A stretch of 64,000 bases of DNA from positions 1-64,000 of IMG/VR virus record IMGVR_UViG_2700989080_000001; one strand, written 5' to 3'. Positions 40,142-48,252 of this stretch are shown here, one piece after another. The notes below the pieces were generated by a model. That model saw only the letters and a list, made by a program, of their open reading frames with translations. It made no database searches and was not told the origin of the DNA. The stretch comes from a virus. Its lineage: Duplodnaviria; Caudoviricetes. The first letter of the stretch is position 1, and every line of letters starts with the position of its first letter. Position numbers and translations under genes: made by a program.

Positions 40142-40726
40142 GTGGAGGAAACAAAACCAAGGTGGAATGCCGTTAAGCCCTGGAATCGTCATGGCTTAAT
40201 TCTTACCGTCGTTGGTATTGCGTACATCCTCATCGGAGTCACTTATATTCTTGCCGAACCAAGTGAAGCCCGACAGGAAGCACTGAGTTTCGCTCTCAGC
40301 ATCATGCCGTATGATTGGTGGGGTGTTGGGTTCGTTGTGGTGGGTATCATCTCCACCATGTCGTCTCGTTGGCCGTCGCTGCCTAGAACGTTGGGTTATT
40401 CAACGTTGACTGGTTGGTCGTCGGCTTGGGCCGGGTTTCATATCGTAGGCGGCCTATCGCAGCACGCTACACATCTATCCTATGCGGCAGGTGGTTTGGC
40501 ATGGGGGTTGATGGGGTTTCTTTGGTGGGCGATTAGCGGCTTAATTTGTCCACCGAAGGAAAGGGGGGTATGTGGACGCCCTGCCCCATTTCGTGAGCCT
40601 CGCTGTCGCTTTGATTGCGGCATTGTCCGCGTTAGCGACACAGCAGGCGTCATCGAAAGCAAGTCGGAAAGAGAAACAGGAAGCTTCCCGAGCCAGCATG
40701 GAGACGGAAGCGTACGAAAGAGCTAG
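40142..40726 (+). CDS. Multi-pass membrane protein
   Basis: GGAGGTG RBS before GTG 40142; about four TM segments; C-terminus uncertain because it overlaps the next gene. Confidence 0.55.
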   Translation: MEETKPRWNAVKPWNRHGLILTVVGIAYILIGVTYILAEPSEARQEALSFALSIMPYDWWGVGFVVVGIISTMSSRWPSLPRTLGYSTLTGWSSAWAGFHIVGGLSQHATHLSYAAGGLAWGLMGFLWWAISGLICPPKERGVCGRPAPFREPRCRFDCGIVRVSDTAGVIESKSERETGSFPSQHGDGSVRKS

Positions 40727-40913
40727 GGCTTTCGATATTGCGACGATCGATCGTCAGAACGAGCAGATCGCGGCTCTTCTGGAAAAGGTCGCCAAGCAGG
40801 ACGCAGAGATGACTCAGCTTCAAGAGAAATTGAAGATGACGAACGAGCGTCTTGAGAGTATCGAAAGCCATACCTGTGGCCCGGATGCGGGTTTGGAGAC
40901 AGCTAGTGGTTGA
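40572..40913 (+). CDS. Membrane-anchored coiled-coil protein
   Basis: N-terminal TM, then heptads. Confidence 0.6.
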   Translation: MDALPHFVSLAVALIAALSALATQQASSKASRKEKQEASRASMETEAYERARAFDIATIDRQNEQIAALLEKVAKQDAEMTQLQEKLKMTNERLESIESHTCGPDAGLETASG

Positions 40914-40922
40914 ACAGACTAT

Positions 40923-40965
40923 TCGCAAAAATTACACAGCCTATAATGAGACCCCTATGAAAGGA
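40923..40965 (+). promoter_or_regulatory. First copy of cassette promoter + leader/RBS
   Basis: TCGCAAAAATTACACAGCCTATAATGAGACCCCTATGAAAGGA. Confidence 0.75.
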
Positions 40966-40971
40966 ACTGTT

Positions 40972-41271
40972 ATGTTCAACTCCAAGCCCTCTGACTCCAA
41001 GGTTGGACTCGAGAACGCCATCAATTCTCTGCTCGAAGAGATGTCACATTTGAATGGTGATTCCGAAGAATACGCTAAGATGACGGAACAGCTGGACGTG
41101 CTCTACAAGCTCAAGGAAGTCGACCACAAGGTCGAAGCCGGAAAGCGAGTGAGCGCTGACACGCTGGCCATCATCGCAGGCAACGTTCTCGGAATCGCCA
41201 TGATCGTGGGACACGAACGAGTGAGCATTCTGACGTCGAAGGCCCTACCCTTGCTGATGAAGCTGAAGTAA
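40972..41271 (+). CDS. Cassette gene, hypothetical protein with C-terminal hydrophobic segment
   Basis: ATG 6 nt after the leader AAAGGA. Confidence 0.65.
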   Translation: MFNSKPSDSKVGLENAINSLLEEMSHLNGDSEEYAKMTEQLDVLYKLKEVDHKVEAGKRVSADTLAIIAGNVLGIAMIVGHERVSILTSKALPLLMKLK

Positions 41272-41295
41272 CAAACACCCCCACAGGTGCCCCCG

Positions 41296-41350
41296 ACTGA
41301 GGAGGCTTGTAAGGACGAGATCCATATCCTTGCAAGCCTTCTCAGTTTTC
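41296..41350 (+). terminator. Intrinsic terminator
   Basis: ACTGAGGAGGCTTGTAAGGA...TCCTTGCAAGCCTTCTCAGT + TTT. Confidence 0.7.
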
Positions 41351-41468
41351 GTCGCATCTAAAACACGGCTTCTCAATTTTTCCCGGGGAGGAATTTTGGG
41401 ATTAAGTCTTCAAGAATCGCATATTTTACACACCCTATAATGAGACCCCTATGAAAGGAAAGATCACT

Positions 41469-41741
41469 ATGGAAACCCGTGCCTACTACTATGGTGACGG
41501 AACTGACAACGTCGTACAGTTGACAGAAGCTCAGGCTAACGCCAGTAACAAGGCCATGTTCTACCCCGTGGAAGAAGAGAAGGACTCGACAGGAGAAACA
41601 CAAATCCTGGTCAAGACCAATCTGACCCGCGAGGAGATCGTCCATTACAACGAAGCCGCAGACATTCTGAACGTGTACCTCGAAACTCACACCGTCACAT
41701 ACAACGACATGGAGCAACCAATGCTTCGCCCAGTCAAGTAA
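41469..41741 (+). CDS. Cassette gene, hypothetical acidic protein
   Basis: Follows promoter/leader copy 2; hairpin-T terminator at ~41753-41783. Confidence 0.65.
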   Translation: METRAYYYGDGTDNVVQLTEAQANASNKAMFYPVEEEKDSTGETQILVKTNLTREEIVHYNEAADILNVYLETHTVTYNDMEQPMLRPVK

Positions 41742-41799
41742 GTCTCCGCCGCACTGAGATGCCACCCAGGCATTTCAGTTTTCCTACAGAGGAGTTAAC

Positions 41800-42015
41800 G
41801 TGGTTGACAAGATATTCGCTGCTACGAACGTTATGTCGTCCTTCGCCGACCCAGAGTACTTGTTCGGAGTTTCTGTTGGCGTCGCCGCACTTCACCTATA
41901 TTACAGAACGAAGTACAAAGCGATGCTGACCGCTCATGATCTGGATCGACTTCGTAAGGGTCTCCCAGTCAAGATCGATACTTCCCGCGGACCCATCTAT
42001 ATTCGTGAGGTTTAG
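41800..42015 (+). CDS. Small membrane protein, paralog of 43767
   Basis: AGAGGAG RBS; LTAHDLDRLRKG..IDTSRGPI vs LTHNNLNHLQNG..YETKLGTI. Confidence 0.55.
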   Translation: MVDKIFAATNVMSSFADPEYLFGVSVGVAALHLYYRTKYKAMLTAHDLDRLRKGLPVKIDTSRGPIYIREV

Positions 42016-42068
42016 ACGTCGCACAGAATACACGCCCTATAATGAAACCCTCGACGAAAGGACCAATC

Positions 42069-42242
42069 ATGAACGACAAGATTGCTGCCGTCAAGAATCA
42101 CGTCAAGAAGCACCGCGCGAAGTATGCGGTTGCAGGAACGCTAGTCGTCTGCACCGTCATCCATATTCGCATCGTGAGCAACTTGAACAGGTTCCTCGAC
42201 GACCACGATCTGATGGACATGTACTACACCAACGGAGAGTAA
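42069..42242 (+). CDS. Cassette gene, small membrane protein
   Basis: Follows divergent leader; one TM; terminator ~42248-42285. Confidence 0.6.
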   Translation: MNDKIAAVKNHVKKHRAKYAVAGTLVVCTVIHIRIVSNLNRFLDDHDLMDMYYTNGE

Positions 42243-42341
42243 CAACGAACTGGAATGCCAATCTACACACGGCATTTCAGTTTTTGCCTTTCGCAAGAAT
42301 TACACGCCTTATAATGAGACCCCTACGAAAGGACGCCCATC

Positions 42342-42620
42342 ATGAACAACAAGATCGCTATCGCTGCCCTTGCTGTTGGAGCACTTGCCGTCGCTGGGAT
42401 CGCCACAATCAACTGCTTGCAGATTACTCGCGAAGAGGAAGCCAAGCGTGCCGAGTTCAAACGAAATGAAGAACTCAACGTCCACGCCGTCACCCTTGCC
42501 GCGATGCGAATCAGCGAACGTTTGGAAGCTGGCGATCACTTCGCGTCGGTGAATGACCTGACAGACAACTTCAACGAAGAGATCAAGTTCCAGAAGATTG
42601 CTGTCCGATTCGATAGCTGA
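42342..42620 (+). CDS. Cassette gene, N-terminally anchored protein
   Basis: Follows leader; IAIAALAVGALAVAGIA; terminator ~42625-42662. Confidence 0.65.
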   Translation: MNNKIAIAALAVGALAVAGIATINCLQITREEEAKRAEFKRNEELNVHAVTLAAMRISERLEAGDHFASVNDLTDNFNEEIKFQKIAVRFDS

Positions 42621-42699
42621 ATCGAAAGCCTAAACCCACATGCTACACGGGTTTTAGGTTTTACCAATCGCAGAAAAAACACGCACTATAATAGAAGGA

Positions 42700-42773
42700 G
42701 AGACTCGTAGCTCAGTTGGAATGAGCGTCGTCAGCAATGACGAAGGTCGCAGGTTCGAGTCCTGCCGAGCTCT
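42700..42773 (+). ncRNA. tRNA-like RNA with non-canonical anticodon arm (GCAA tetraloop), no encoded CCA
   Basis: TA-GCTC-AGTTGGAAT-GAGC D arm; TCGTCA-GCAA-TGACGA; AGGTC variable loop; GCAGG-TTCGAGT-CCTGC T arm; bulged acceptor stem; own promoter and T-run. Confidence 0.75.
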
Positions 42774-42837
42774 TCTTTTTTTGCCTTCGCAGAAAAAACA
42801 CGCACTATAATGAGACCCCTACGAAAGGAAAAAGAAC

Positions 42838-43050
42838 ATGACGAACCAGAATGGTAACGAACTCTTCCTTAGCGAGAGCCTTCGAGAGAAGCTGCGCAAT
42901 CTCAAAGACACCTCCGTTCCGCCGCAGATGGTAATCAATCCCGTCTACGTCAACGAAGCTGTCAGTGAGATCAACAAAGCCATTTCCGAGCTCCCCGCCA
43001 AAGAGAAGCGTCGTCCCTTCGGATTCATCACCGATCGATTCCGTAAGTAA
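42838..43050 (+). CDS. Cassette gene, hypothetical protein
   Basis: Follows leader; terminator ~43055-43092. Confidence 0.6.
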   Translation: MTNQNGNELFLSESLREKLRNLKDTSVPPQMVINPVYVNEAVSEINKAISELPAKEKRRPFGFITDRFRK

Positions 43051-43122
43051 AATCCAAAACCACAAGTCCAAGCTACACGGGCTTTTGGTTTTATCGATCG
43101 CAGAAAAAACACGCACTATAAT

Positions 43123-43253
43123 GAGAAGGAAACTTCTTCTATAAGAGAAAGGCGAGACGCGAATGCGTAGGTACGACACCTACCCGCCTGGCGCAAAGAA
43201 CAGTAATCACGAGTTTTCAGCGGACCGTGAGCCCATGTTCTCTTATAGTTTTT
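43123..43253 (+). ncRNA. Candidate structured ncRNA
   Basis: Promoter copy without coding leader; GAAG-GAAA-CTTC hairpin; CTATAAGAGAA/TTCTCTTATAG closing stem with nested helices; T-run. Confidence 0.6.
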
Positions 43254-43400
43254 GCCTATATTTACCTGAATTCGTCAGAGTGACGTTTTAGCCCATACCC
43301 CGGGTAGGGTCAAAACGTGGTTCTGTCCACTTCATGTATTTTTACGTAGGAATCGCATTAAAAACACACCATATAATGAGACCCCTACGAAAGGATTACC

Positions 43401-43652
43401 ATGATCAACGAGCTTAACACCATCAAGCAGATCGTTGTCAACAACCCCAACGTTGTCAAAGCCACCGTTGCTGCCGGACTGTTCGTCGGAGCCGCTGTTG
43501 TACTCAAGCGTAAGAAGGATAAAGAAGTCCTTCTCGCCGGAGGTGCGCAGTGGATGACCGTCGAACAGTACGAGAAGCATGTGGCCGACAAGGAAGGTGT
43601 TGACCGCAACGACCTCCTTGAGGACGAGTACGTCGTCATCGACCCCAAGTAA
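43401..43652 (+). CDS. Cassette gene, small membrane protein
   Basis: Follows leader; TM then KRKK; terminator ~43659-43691. Confidence 0.65.
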   Translation: MINELNTIKQIVVNNPNVVKATVAAGLFVGAAVVLKRKKDKEVLLAGGAQWMTVEQYEKHVADKEGVDRNDLLEDEYVVIDPK

Positions 43653-43766
43653 GATCCAGAACTGAACTCCCTAACACGGAGTTTCAGTTTTATTCTTTCA
43701 CGGACAAAGGTCTCCAACCGCATAAATTACACACCCTATAATGAGACCCCTATGAAAGGAACTATC

Positions 43767-44030
43767 ATGGAAATCAAGACTGAGATCAACGCAAAGATCG
43801 ATTCCACCAAGAAGTTCGTAAACGACCACAAAGTCGCTTTCGCCTATGGCGCAGGCCTTGTTGTCGGAGTCACCGGAATGGCCATTGGCATTAAGCAAAT
43901 GAACGCTCTGGTGTTGACCCACAACAACCTCAACCACTTGCAGAACGGCGGCGTGATCGCTTACGAAACGAAGTTGGGAACGATCCTCGCGTGGGTCAAA
44001 CCCGATTCTATCGACATCCCCATCACGTAA
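43767..44030 (+). CDS. Cassette gene, small membrane protein
   Basis: Follows leader; one TM; hairpin ~44036-44071. Confidence 0.65.
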   Translation: MEIKTEINAKIDSTKKFVNDHKVAFAYGAGLVVGVTGMAIGIKQMNALVLTHNNLNHLQNGGVIAYETKLGTILAWVKPDSIDIPIT

Positions 44031-44096
44031 GTCCACAAGCTTGAAGCTCCCTAACACGGAGTTTCAGCTTTGCCATATTCTCGACAAGGAGTTCTA

Positions 44097-44333
44097 GTGT
44101 CCAAGGTCCAATTGCTAAGACTGATCGGATCGCTGTTCATCATCGAGACCGCAATCCTCTTCAAGATCGCTTCGGATCTTCACGATCGGAATCGGGACTT
44201 CGAAACTTCGGATGCGCTTTTGAATTACTGTCTCGACAAGGTGAACGAAGGCGAGGGATTCAACGATTTCGATCTTGTTGCGTTGAACACGCTTCTCGAG
44301 ACGAATGGTGCTATATTTCACAAAGGCCTCTAA
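44097..44333 (+). CDS. Hypothetical protein with hydrophobic N-terminus
   Basis: AAGGAG RBS before GTG ~44097. Confidence 0.5.
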   Translation: MSKVQLLRLIGSLFIIETAILFKIASDLHDRNRDFETSDALLNYCLDKVNEGEGFNDFDLVALNTLLETNGAIFHKGL

Positions 44334-44393
44334 CGCCACATAAATCGCAGAAAAAACACACCCTATAATGAGACCCCTATGAGAGGATATGCC

Positions 44394-44486
44394 ATGACCG
44401 CTATCGTTGCCCCCGTGCTCATCACCGCCTTCCTGGTGGCGCTGTACATGATCGCACCGAAGCTTGCTGGTTACATCACCAAGTAG
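44394..44486 (+). CDS. Cassette gene, 30-aa hydrophobic peptide (not in ORF track)
   Basis: MTAIVAPVLITAFLVALYMIAPKLAGYITK between leader copy and hairpin terminator ~44491-44535. Confidence 0.65.
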   Translation: MTAIVAPVLITAFLVALYMIAPKLAGYITK

Positions 44487-44569
44487 ATCGAAAAGCTTGA
44501 AGCTCCCTAACACGGAGTTTCAGCTTTCTGTTTTTCCTCTCACCCACACCTATCCGAAAGGCCATATCT

Positions 44570-44830
44570 ATGCGAACCCTCGTCTCGAACCTCATCATCT
44601 CTCTCATCGACCGCCTCATCAATCTTATTGAGAAGACGGAGCGAAAGATCGATGATGTGGACAAAAAGCTCGCGGACCCTGTTCAGTCACGAGAGATGAT
44701 CATGAACTCGTTCCTGTTCAAGGTTACCGTGCGCATCTTCAATGTCATCGACAGGATCAGTCCTAAGACAGGCCGATATTTGGTTCGAGTCATGGAGAAG
44801 TTCGTCGCGAAGCGCAAAGCAGCCAAGTAG
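44570..44830 (+). CDS. Hypothetical protein
   Basis: GAAAGG RBS. Confidence 0.45.
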   Translation: MRTLVSNLIISLIDRLINLIEKTERKIDDVDKKLADPVQSREMIMNSFLFKVTVRIFNVIDRISPKTGRYLVRVMEKFVAKRKAAK

Positions 44831-44869
44831 CACACACCCCGCCACACCTATATTTGAAGGACTATCACC

Positions 44870-45049
44870 ATGCAGAAGGCAGCACTCATTTTGTCCGCTC
44901 TCAGCCTCGCCACGTCCGTCACGACGCTTGCCGTTATTCTCGGTGGCGTCAAGAAGCTGAACGACGACATCCAGGACATCCGCAAGAAGACCAACGACGC
45001 CATCGGCAAGATGAAGGCTGCTCTCGTCAGTCTCGACTTCCGAATCTAA
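44870..45049 (+). CDS. 59-aa membrane/coiled-coil protein (not in ORF track)
   Basis: GAAGGA RBS; MQKAALILSALSLATSVTTLAVILGG... Confidence 0.55.
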   Translation: MQKAALILSALSLATSVTTLAVILGGVKKLNDDIQDIRKKTNDAIGKMKAALVSLDFRI

Positions 45050-45080
45050 TTCTCAAACCAACAACAAAAGGAGTATCGAC

Positions 45081-45365
45081 ATGTCCGCATTCAACGAATT
45101 CCTCCGTAACAGCCCGGAGTGGATTTTCTACATCAGCTTCGCCGGCCCTCTGCTCGTCCTGTCCATCCTGGTTCCGATATTCGATCGTCGTCGGAAGAAG
45201 GTCAAGGCGATTCGTCAGGCGCACAAGACCGGCCTGATCCAGAAGCGCTCCGAGCGTCACCCTAACCTCGATCGCTCCGGCATCATGGTCACGAAGGTGT
45301 CGACTTGTAAGGACGTCCCGTCCGACTACTTCGATCGCGTCAGCGAATTCCGCGCAAGCCTCTAA
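45081..45365 (+). CDS. Membrane protein
   Basis: AAGGAG RBS; one TM then basic patch. Confidence 0.55.
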   Translation: MSAFNEFLRNSPEWIFYISFAGPLLVLSILVPIFDRRRKKVKAIRQAHKTGLIQKRSERHPNLDRSGIMVTKVSTCKDVPSDYFDRVSEFRASL

Positions 45366-45383
45366 GAAAGGTTCTCCTCTGCA

Positions 45384-45608
45384 ATGCTTTCAACCATCAT
45401 CGACGTTCTGTGGGGCGTACTCATCGTCCTCTTGCTGATCGTCGGTCTCATCGTCGTGGTAGGACTCATCACTGGTTGGATGGCTGTCGTGTGGACCTAC
45501 GTCACGCGATTTGTCAATGCCTACCGAACGGCTTCTCGTGAGCTGGAAGCTGCCGAGGAACGCGAAAGACTGAACGAAAGCGACGATCCTTACGGCAAGC
45601 TCGACTGA
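45384..45608 (+). CDS. Membrane protein
   Basis: Long hydrophobic N-terminus. Confidence 0.55.
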   Translation: MLSTIIDVLWGVLIVLLLIVGLIVVVGLITGWMAVVWTYVTRFVNAYRTASRELEAAEERERLNESDDPYGKLD

Positions 45609-45646
45609 CCCGATCTATCATCCATATCTGAACAACCTGGAGCATC

Positions 45647-46453
45647 ATGAACTTCTCTGTCCTGGCGAAGAACCTCGAACGATTCGCGGTCGCCAATTCC
45701 CCCGCAATCCTGACCGGTATCGCTGTCACCGGCACCGTCGCAACTGCTGTTCTCGCCGGTAAGGCGTCATTCAAGGCCGCGAAGATCATCGCCGGCGAAG
45801 AAGAGAAGCTCAAGGACCGCATGGTCGAGGTCTCTGACGAAGAGGAGGGCGACTCAGATTCTGAGTCGACTCTCGACACCAAGCAGAAGACCCTTCTGGT
45901 CTGGAAGCTCTATATTCCGGCAGCCAGCACCTGCGTCACGACCGTCATGGCCATGATCGCTGCCAATCAGATCGGTACCCGACGCACCGCTGCGATGGCG
46001 GCTGCATATTCTCTCTCGGAGAAGGCGTTCGGCGAGTACCGTGAGAAGATCGTCGAGAAGATGGGTCCGAAGAAGGAAGAGGCGGCTCGTACCGAGATCG
46101 CTCAGGAGCGTGTCGCACGCACTCCGGTTCCCTCGAACCAGGTTGTCATCTCCGGCAACGACGTTCTCTGCTTCGATCAGCACAGTGGTCGTTATTTCCA
46201 CAGCACTATGGAAGAGCTGAAGAAGTCTCAGAACGACACGAACTACCGGATCATCAACGACGGCTACCAGAGCCTGAACGACTTCTATGAGCGAATCGGT
46301 CTCGACATGGTCCCGACCGGCGAAGAGCTCGGCTGGAACACAGACACGAAGTTCGAGCTATATTTCTCGACCGTGCTGTCTCCCGACCAGCGACCCTGCA
46401 TCGCCATCGAATTCGTCAAGGGTCCCATCACCAACTACTACAAGGTCCACTGA
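45647..46453 (+). CDS. Conserved phage protein (DUF6353-like, from recall), paralog of 51514
   Basis: NSPAILTG, AAAYS, SLNDFY..IG...GW motifs shared with 51514. Confidence 0.6.
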   Translation: MNFSVLAKNLERFAVANSPAILTGIAVTGTVATAVLAGKASFKAAKIIAGEEEKLKDRMVEVSDEEEGDSDSESTLDTKQKTLLVWKLYIPAASTCVTTVMAMIAANQIGTRRTAAMAAAYSLSEKAFGEYREKIVEKMGPKKEEAARTEIAQERVARTPVPSNQVVISGNDVLCFDQHSGRYFHSTMEELKKSQNDTNYRIINDGYQSLNDFYERIGLDMVPTGEELGWNTDTKFELYFSTVLSPDQRPCIAIEFVKGPITNYYKVH

Positions 46454-46489
46454 CCACCATCATATTTACAAGTTAGGGGAGGATCTACC

Positions 46490-46744
46490 ATGCACCACAA
46501 AGAAGATCGTGAATTCACCTATGAGATGGGCGTGGATGAGCCTATCAACCCCGACCCGGATATTGCCGGTCGCATGGTGGAGAAGGCGGTCAGCAAGTGT
46601 CAGTACGGCTGCAAGCTCTACGAGCACCCGAGCGCACATGTCATCGTGCTCTCGCACAACTCGTCCTACGGTTGCAAACGCACCAAGGACGATATTCTGA
46701 GTGACTTCACCAAGAACCGTCACAAGGAGCCCTCCGATGCCTGA
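46490..46744 (+). CDS. Small Cys/His protein
   Basis: CQYGCKLY...HNSSYGC; GGAGGA RBS. Confidence 0.5.
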   Translation: MHHKEDREFTYEMGVDEPINPDPDIAGRMVEKAVSKCQYGCKLYEHPSAHVIVLSHNSSYGCKRTKDDILSDFTKNRHKEPSDA

Positions 46745-46937
46745 GCGCGAGTATTGGATGGTTCCGCTCAGTGAGATCGTTCCGAAGGACACCTGGAGTC
46801 GACTTCTCGTCACGGTCTCGGGGTTCTTCACTGATCTTCTGTTGGTCGACGGTAGCTACGAGAAGATCTATGTCATCACTGAAGAAGTACTTCCGACTCA
46901 GGACGATATTCTGACCAAGGCGTTGGTCGATGCCTGA
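46737..46937 (+). CDS. Hypothetical protein (MPEREYW family)
   Basis: N-terminus shared with 47541. Confidence 0.5.
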   Translation: MPEREYWMVPLSEIVPKDTWSRLLVTVSGFFTDLLLVDGSYEKIYVITEEVLPTQDDILTKALVDA

Positions 46938-47169
46938 CCAGATGACCGTCACCCTCAAAGAGCTCTTCCCCGAATCTGTGTGGGAGGAGCTCTTTCGTAG
47001 GGCGGCTAAACACAAAGCCGCTTACGCCTCGCATATTGTCGTCACCTCGTCCGGAGAAGTCAAGGAGTTGATCACCACTCCGGATTGGACCTGGTACGGT
47101 TCTCCGATTTGGGTCAACGCGAATGCCAACCAACTTTCTATAGGTATCGAAGGAGTTTCTGATGTGTAA
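46930..47169 (+). CDS. Hypothetical protein
   Basis: Overlapping start/stop gene string. Confidence 0.5.
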   Translation: MPDQMTVTLKELFPESVWEELFRRAAKHKAAYASHIVVTSSGEVKELITTPDWTWYGSPIWVNANANQLSIGIEGVSDV

Positions 47170-47548
47170 TTATCCCGGCCCGATGATGGTTTCCATCGGA
47201 GACAGCGTTCCCGAAGAGACCTGGAATCGGATCAAGCTCCAGTGCGCGCTCAACTTGTACGGACGGATGATCCCCGTCGTTCAGGAAGGTGTGCGAGGCG
47301 TCGGTAACGCATTTTCCGCGATGGCGAAGGCTGTCCGGAGCGTCGACTTCGGGCCCGTTGCGAAGAAGCTGGAATCTTTGAAGATTCCGTACAACGTAGA
47401 CGAATCTCTCCACATGCGGGGTTTCGACATCAACAGCGACATGATCGAGTACGACGGTATTCCGCCGATCGACATGGATGACTATATCTTCGACGAGGGC
47501 TACAGCTACAGCGACATCGATGGAATCCGAGGAGACACCCATGCCTGA
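47162..47548 (+). CDS. Hypothetical protein
   Basis: AAGGAG RBS; gene string. Confidence 0.5.
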   Translation: MCNYPGPMMVSIGDSVPEETWNRIKLQCALNLYGRMIPVVQEGVRGVGNAFSAMAKAVRSVDFGPVAKKLESLKIPYNVDESLHMRGFDINSDMIEYDGIPPIDMDDYIFDEGYSYSDIDGIRGDTHA

Positions 47549-47654
47549 GCGTGAGTACTGGATGATCCCCATTGGTGATCGCATCTCCAAGGATGTTAAG
47601 GACGTCATCGGAATGCGGGCGCTGAAGAACTTCGTATATTCCGAGGGGTCGTGA
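47541..47654 (+). CDS. 37-aa protein (MPEREYW family, not in ORF track)
   Basis: GAGGAG RBS; MPEREYWMIPIGD... Confidence 0.5.
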   Translation: MPEREYWMIPIGDRISKDVKDVIGMRALKNFVYSEGS

Positions 47655-48070
47655 TGTGTGATACAGGAGAATGCCGGCCCTGCCGACTGGAAGATCGTCT
47701 GACCGATCGTGCGATGGGGACTACCCGAGAGTATATTGCCTTCGTGAAGCTTCCGACCGTCGAGCAGAACATGGCGAACAGAAAGATCCACGGTCTGTCC
47801 CTTATTTCCTCGACCAACTCAAAGGTCAAGCGACAGACGCCTCCTCCCGGAAGTCTCTCTTCCAAAGAGAACATCGCAGCTCGTAAGAAACGAGAGTCTG
47901 CCAACCGTAAAGCAAACCGAGAGCTTCGTGATGGTCGTCTATATTCTCTAGGGTGTCCAGAGCACGGTACGCCTTCCGGCTACAAGCATTGGTACTGTCG
48001 GTGTATCCCTTGTACGAACGCGCACACCAAGGACCACAACGCTTCCTACCACAGGTCTAAGCTGGCGTGA
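47651..48070 (+). CDS. Putative Zn-binding protein
   Basis: EHGTPSGYKHWYCRCIPCT, shared with 48245. Confidence 0.55.
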   Translation: MMCDTGECRPCRLEDRLTDRAMGTTREYIAFVKLPTVEQNMANRKIHGLSLISSTNSKVKRQTPPPGSLSSKENIAARKKRESANRKANRELRDGRLYSLGCPEHGTPSGYKHWYCRCIPCTNAHTKDHNASYHRSKLA

Positions 48071-48252
48071 AGCGAATCATATCCTGGTGGCGTGAGTCTC
48101 GAAAGTGGAGACACTGCCCACACCGACGTTTGCGTGGCGTCTACGGAGACTGGGTCTATCAGATGCCGAACCAAAGGCGTCTTATTTGTCTAGATTGCGG
48201 AAACTCTCTGGACGGACCAGTTTCCCTTGCTGAGGAGCAAAACGATGACTGA
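48067..48252 (+). CDS. Small Cys/His protein
   Basis: CPH...CLDCG; overlaps both neighbours. Confidence 0.45.
   Translation: MKRIISWWRESRKWRHCPHRRLRGVYGDWVYQMPNQRRLICLDCGNSLDGPVSLAEEQNDD

Noticed and set aside
42700-42773. Functional tRNA-Cys(GCA)
   Set aside because: Anticodon arm is one base short with no U33, the acceptor stem is bulged and there is no CCA; reported as tRNA-like instead.
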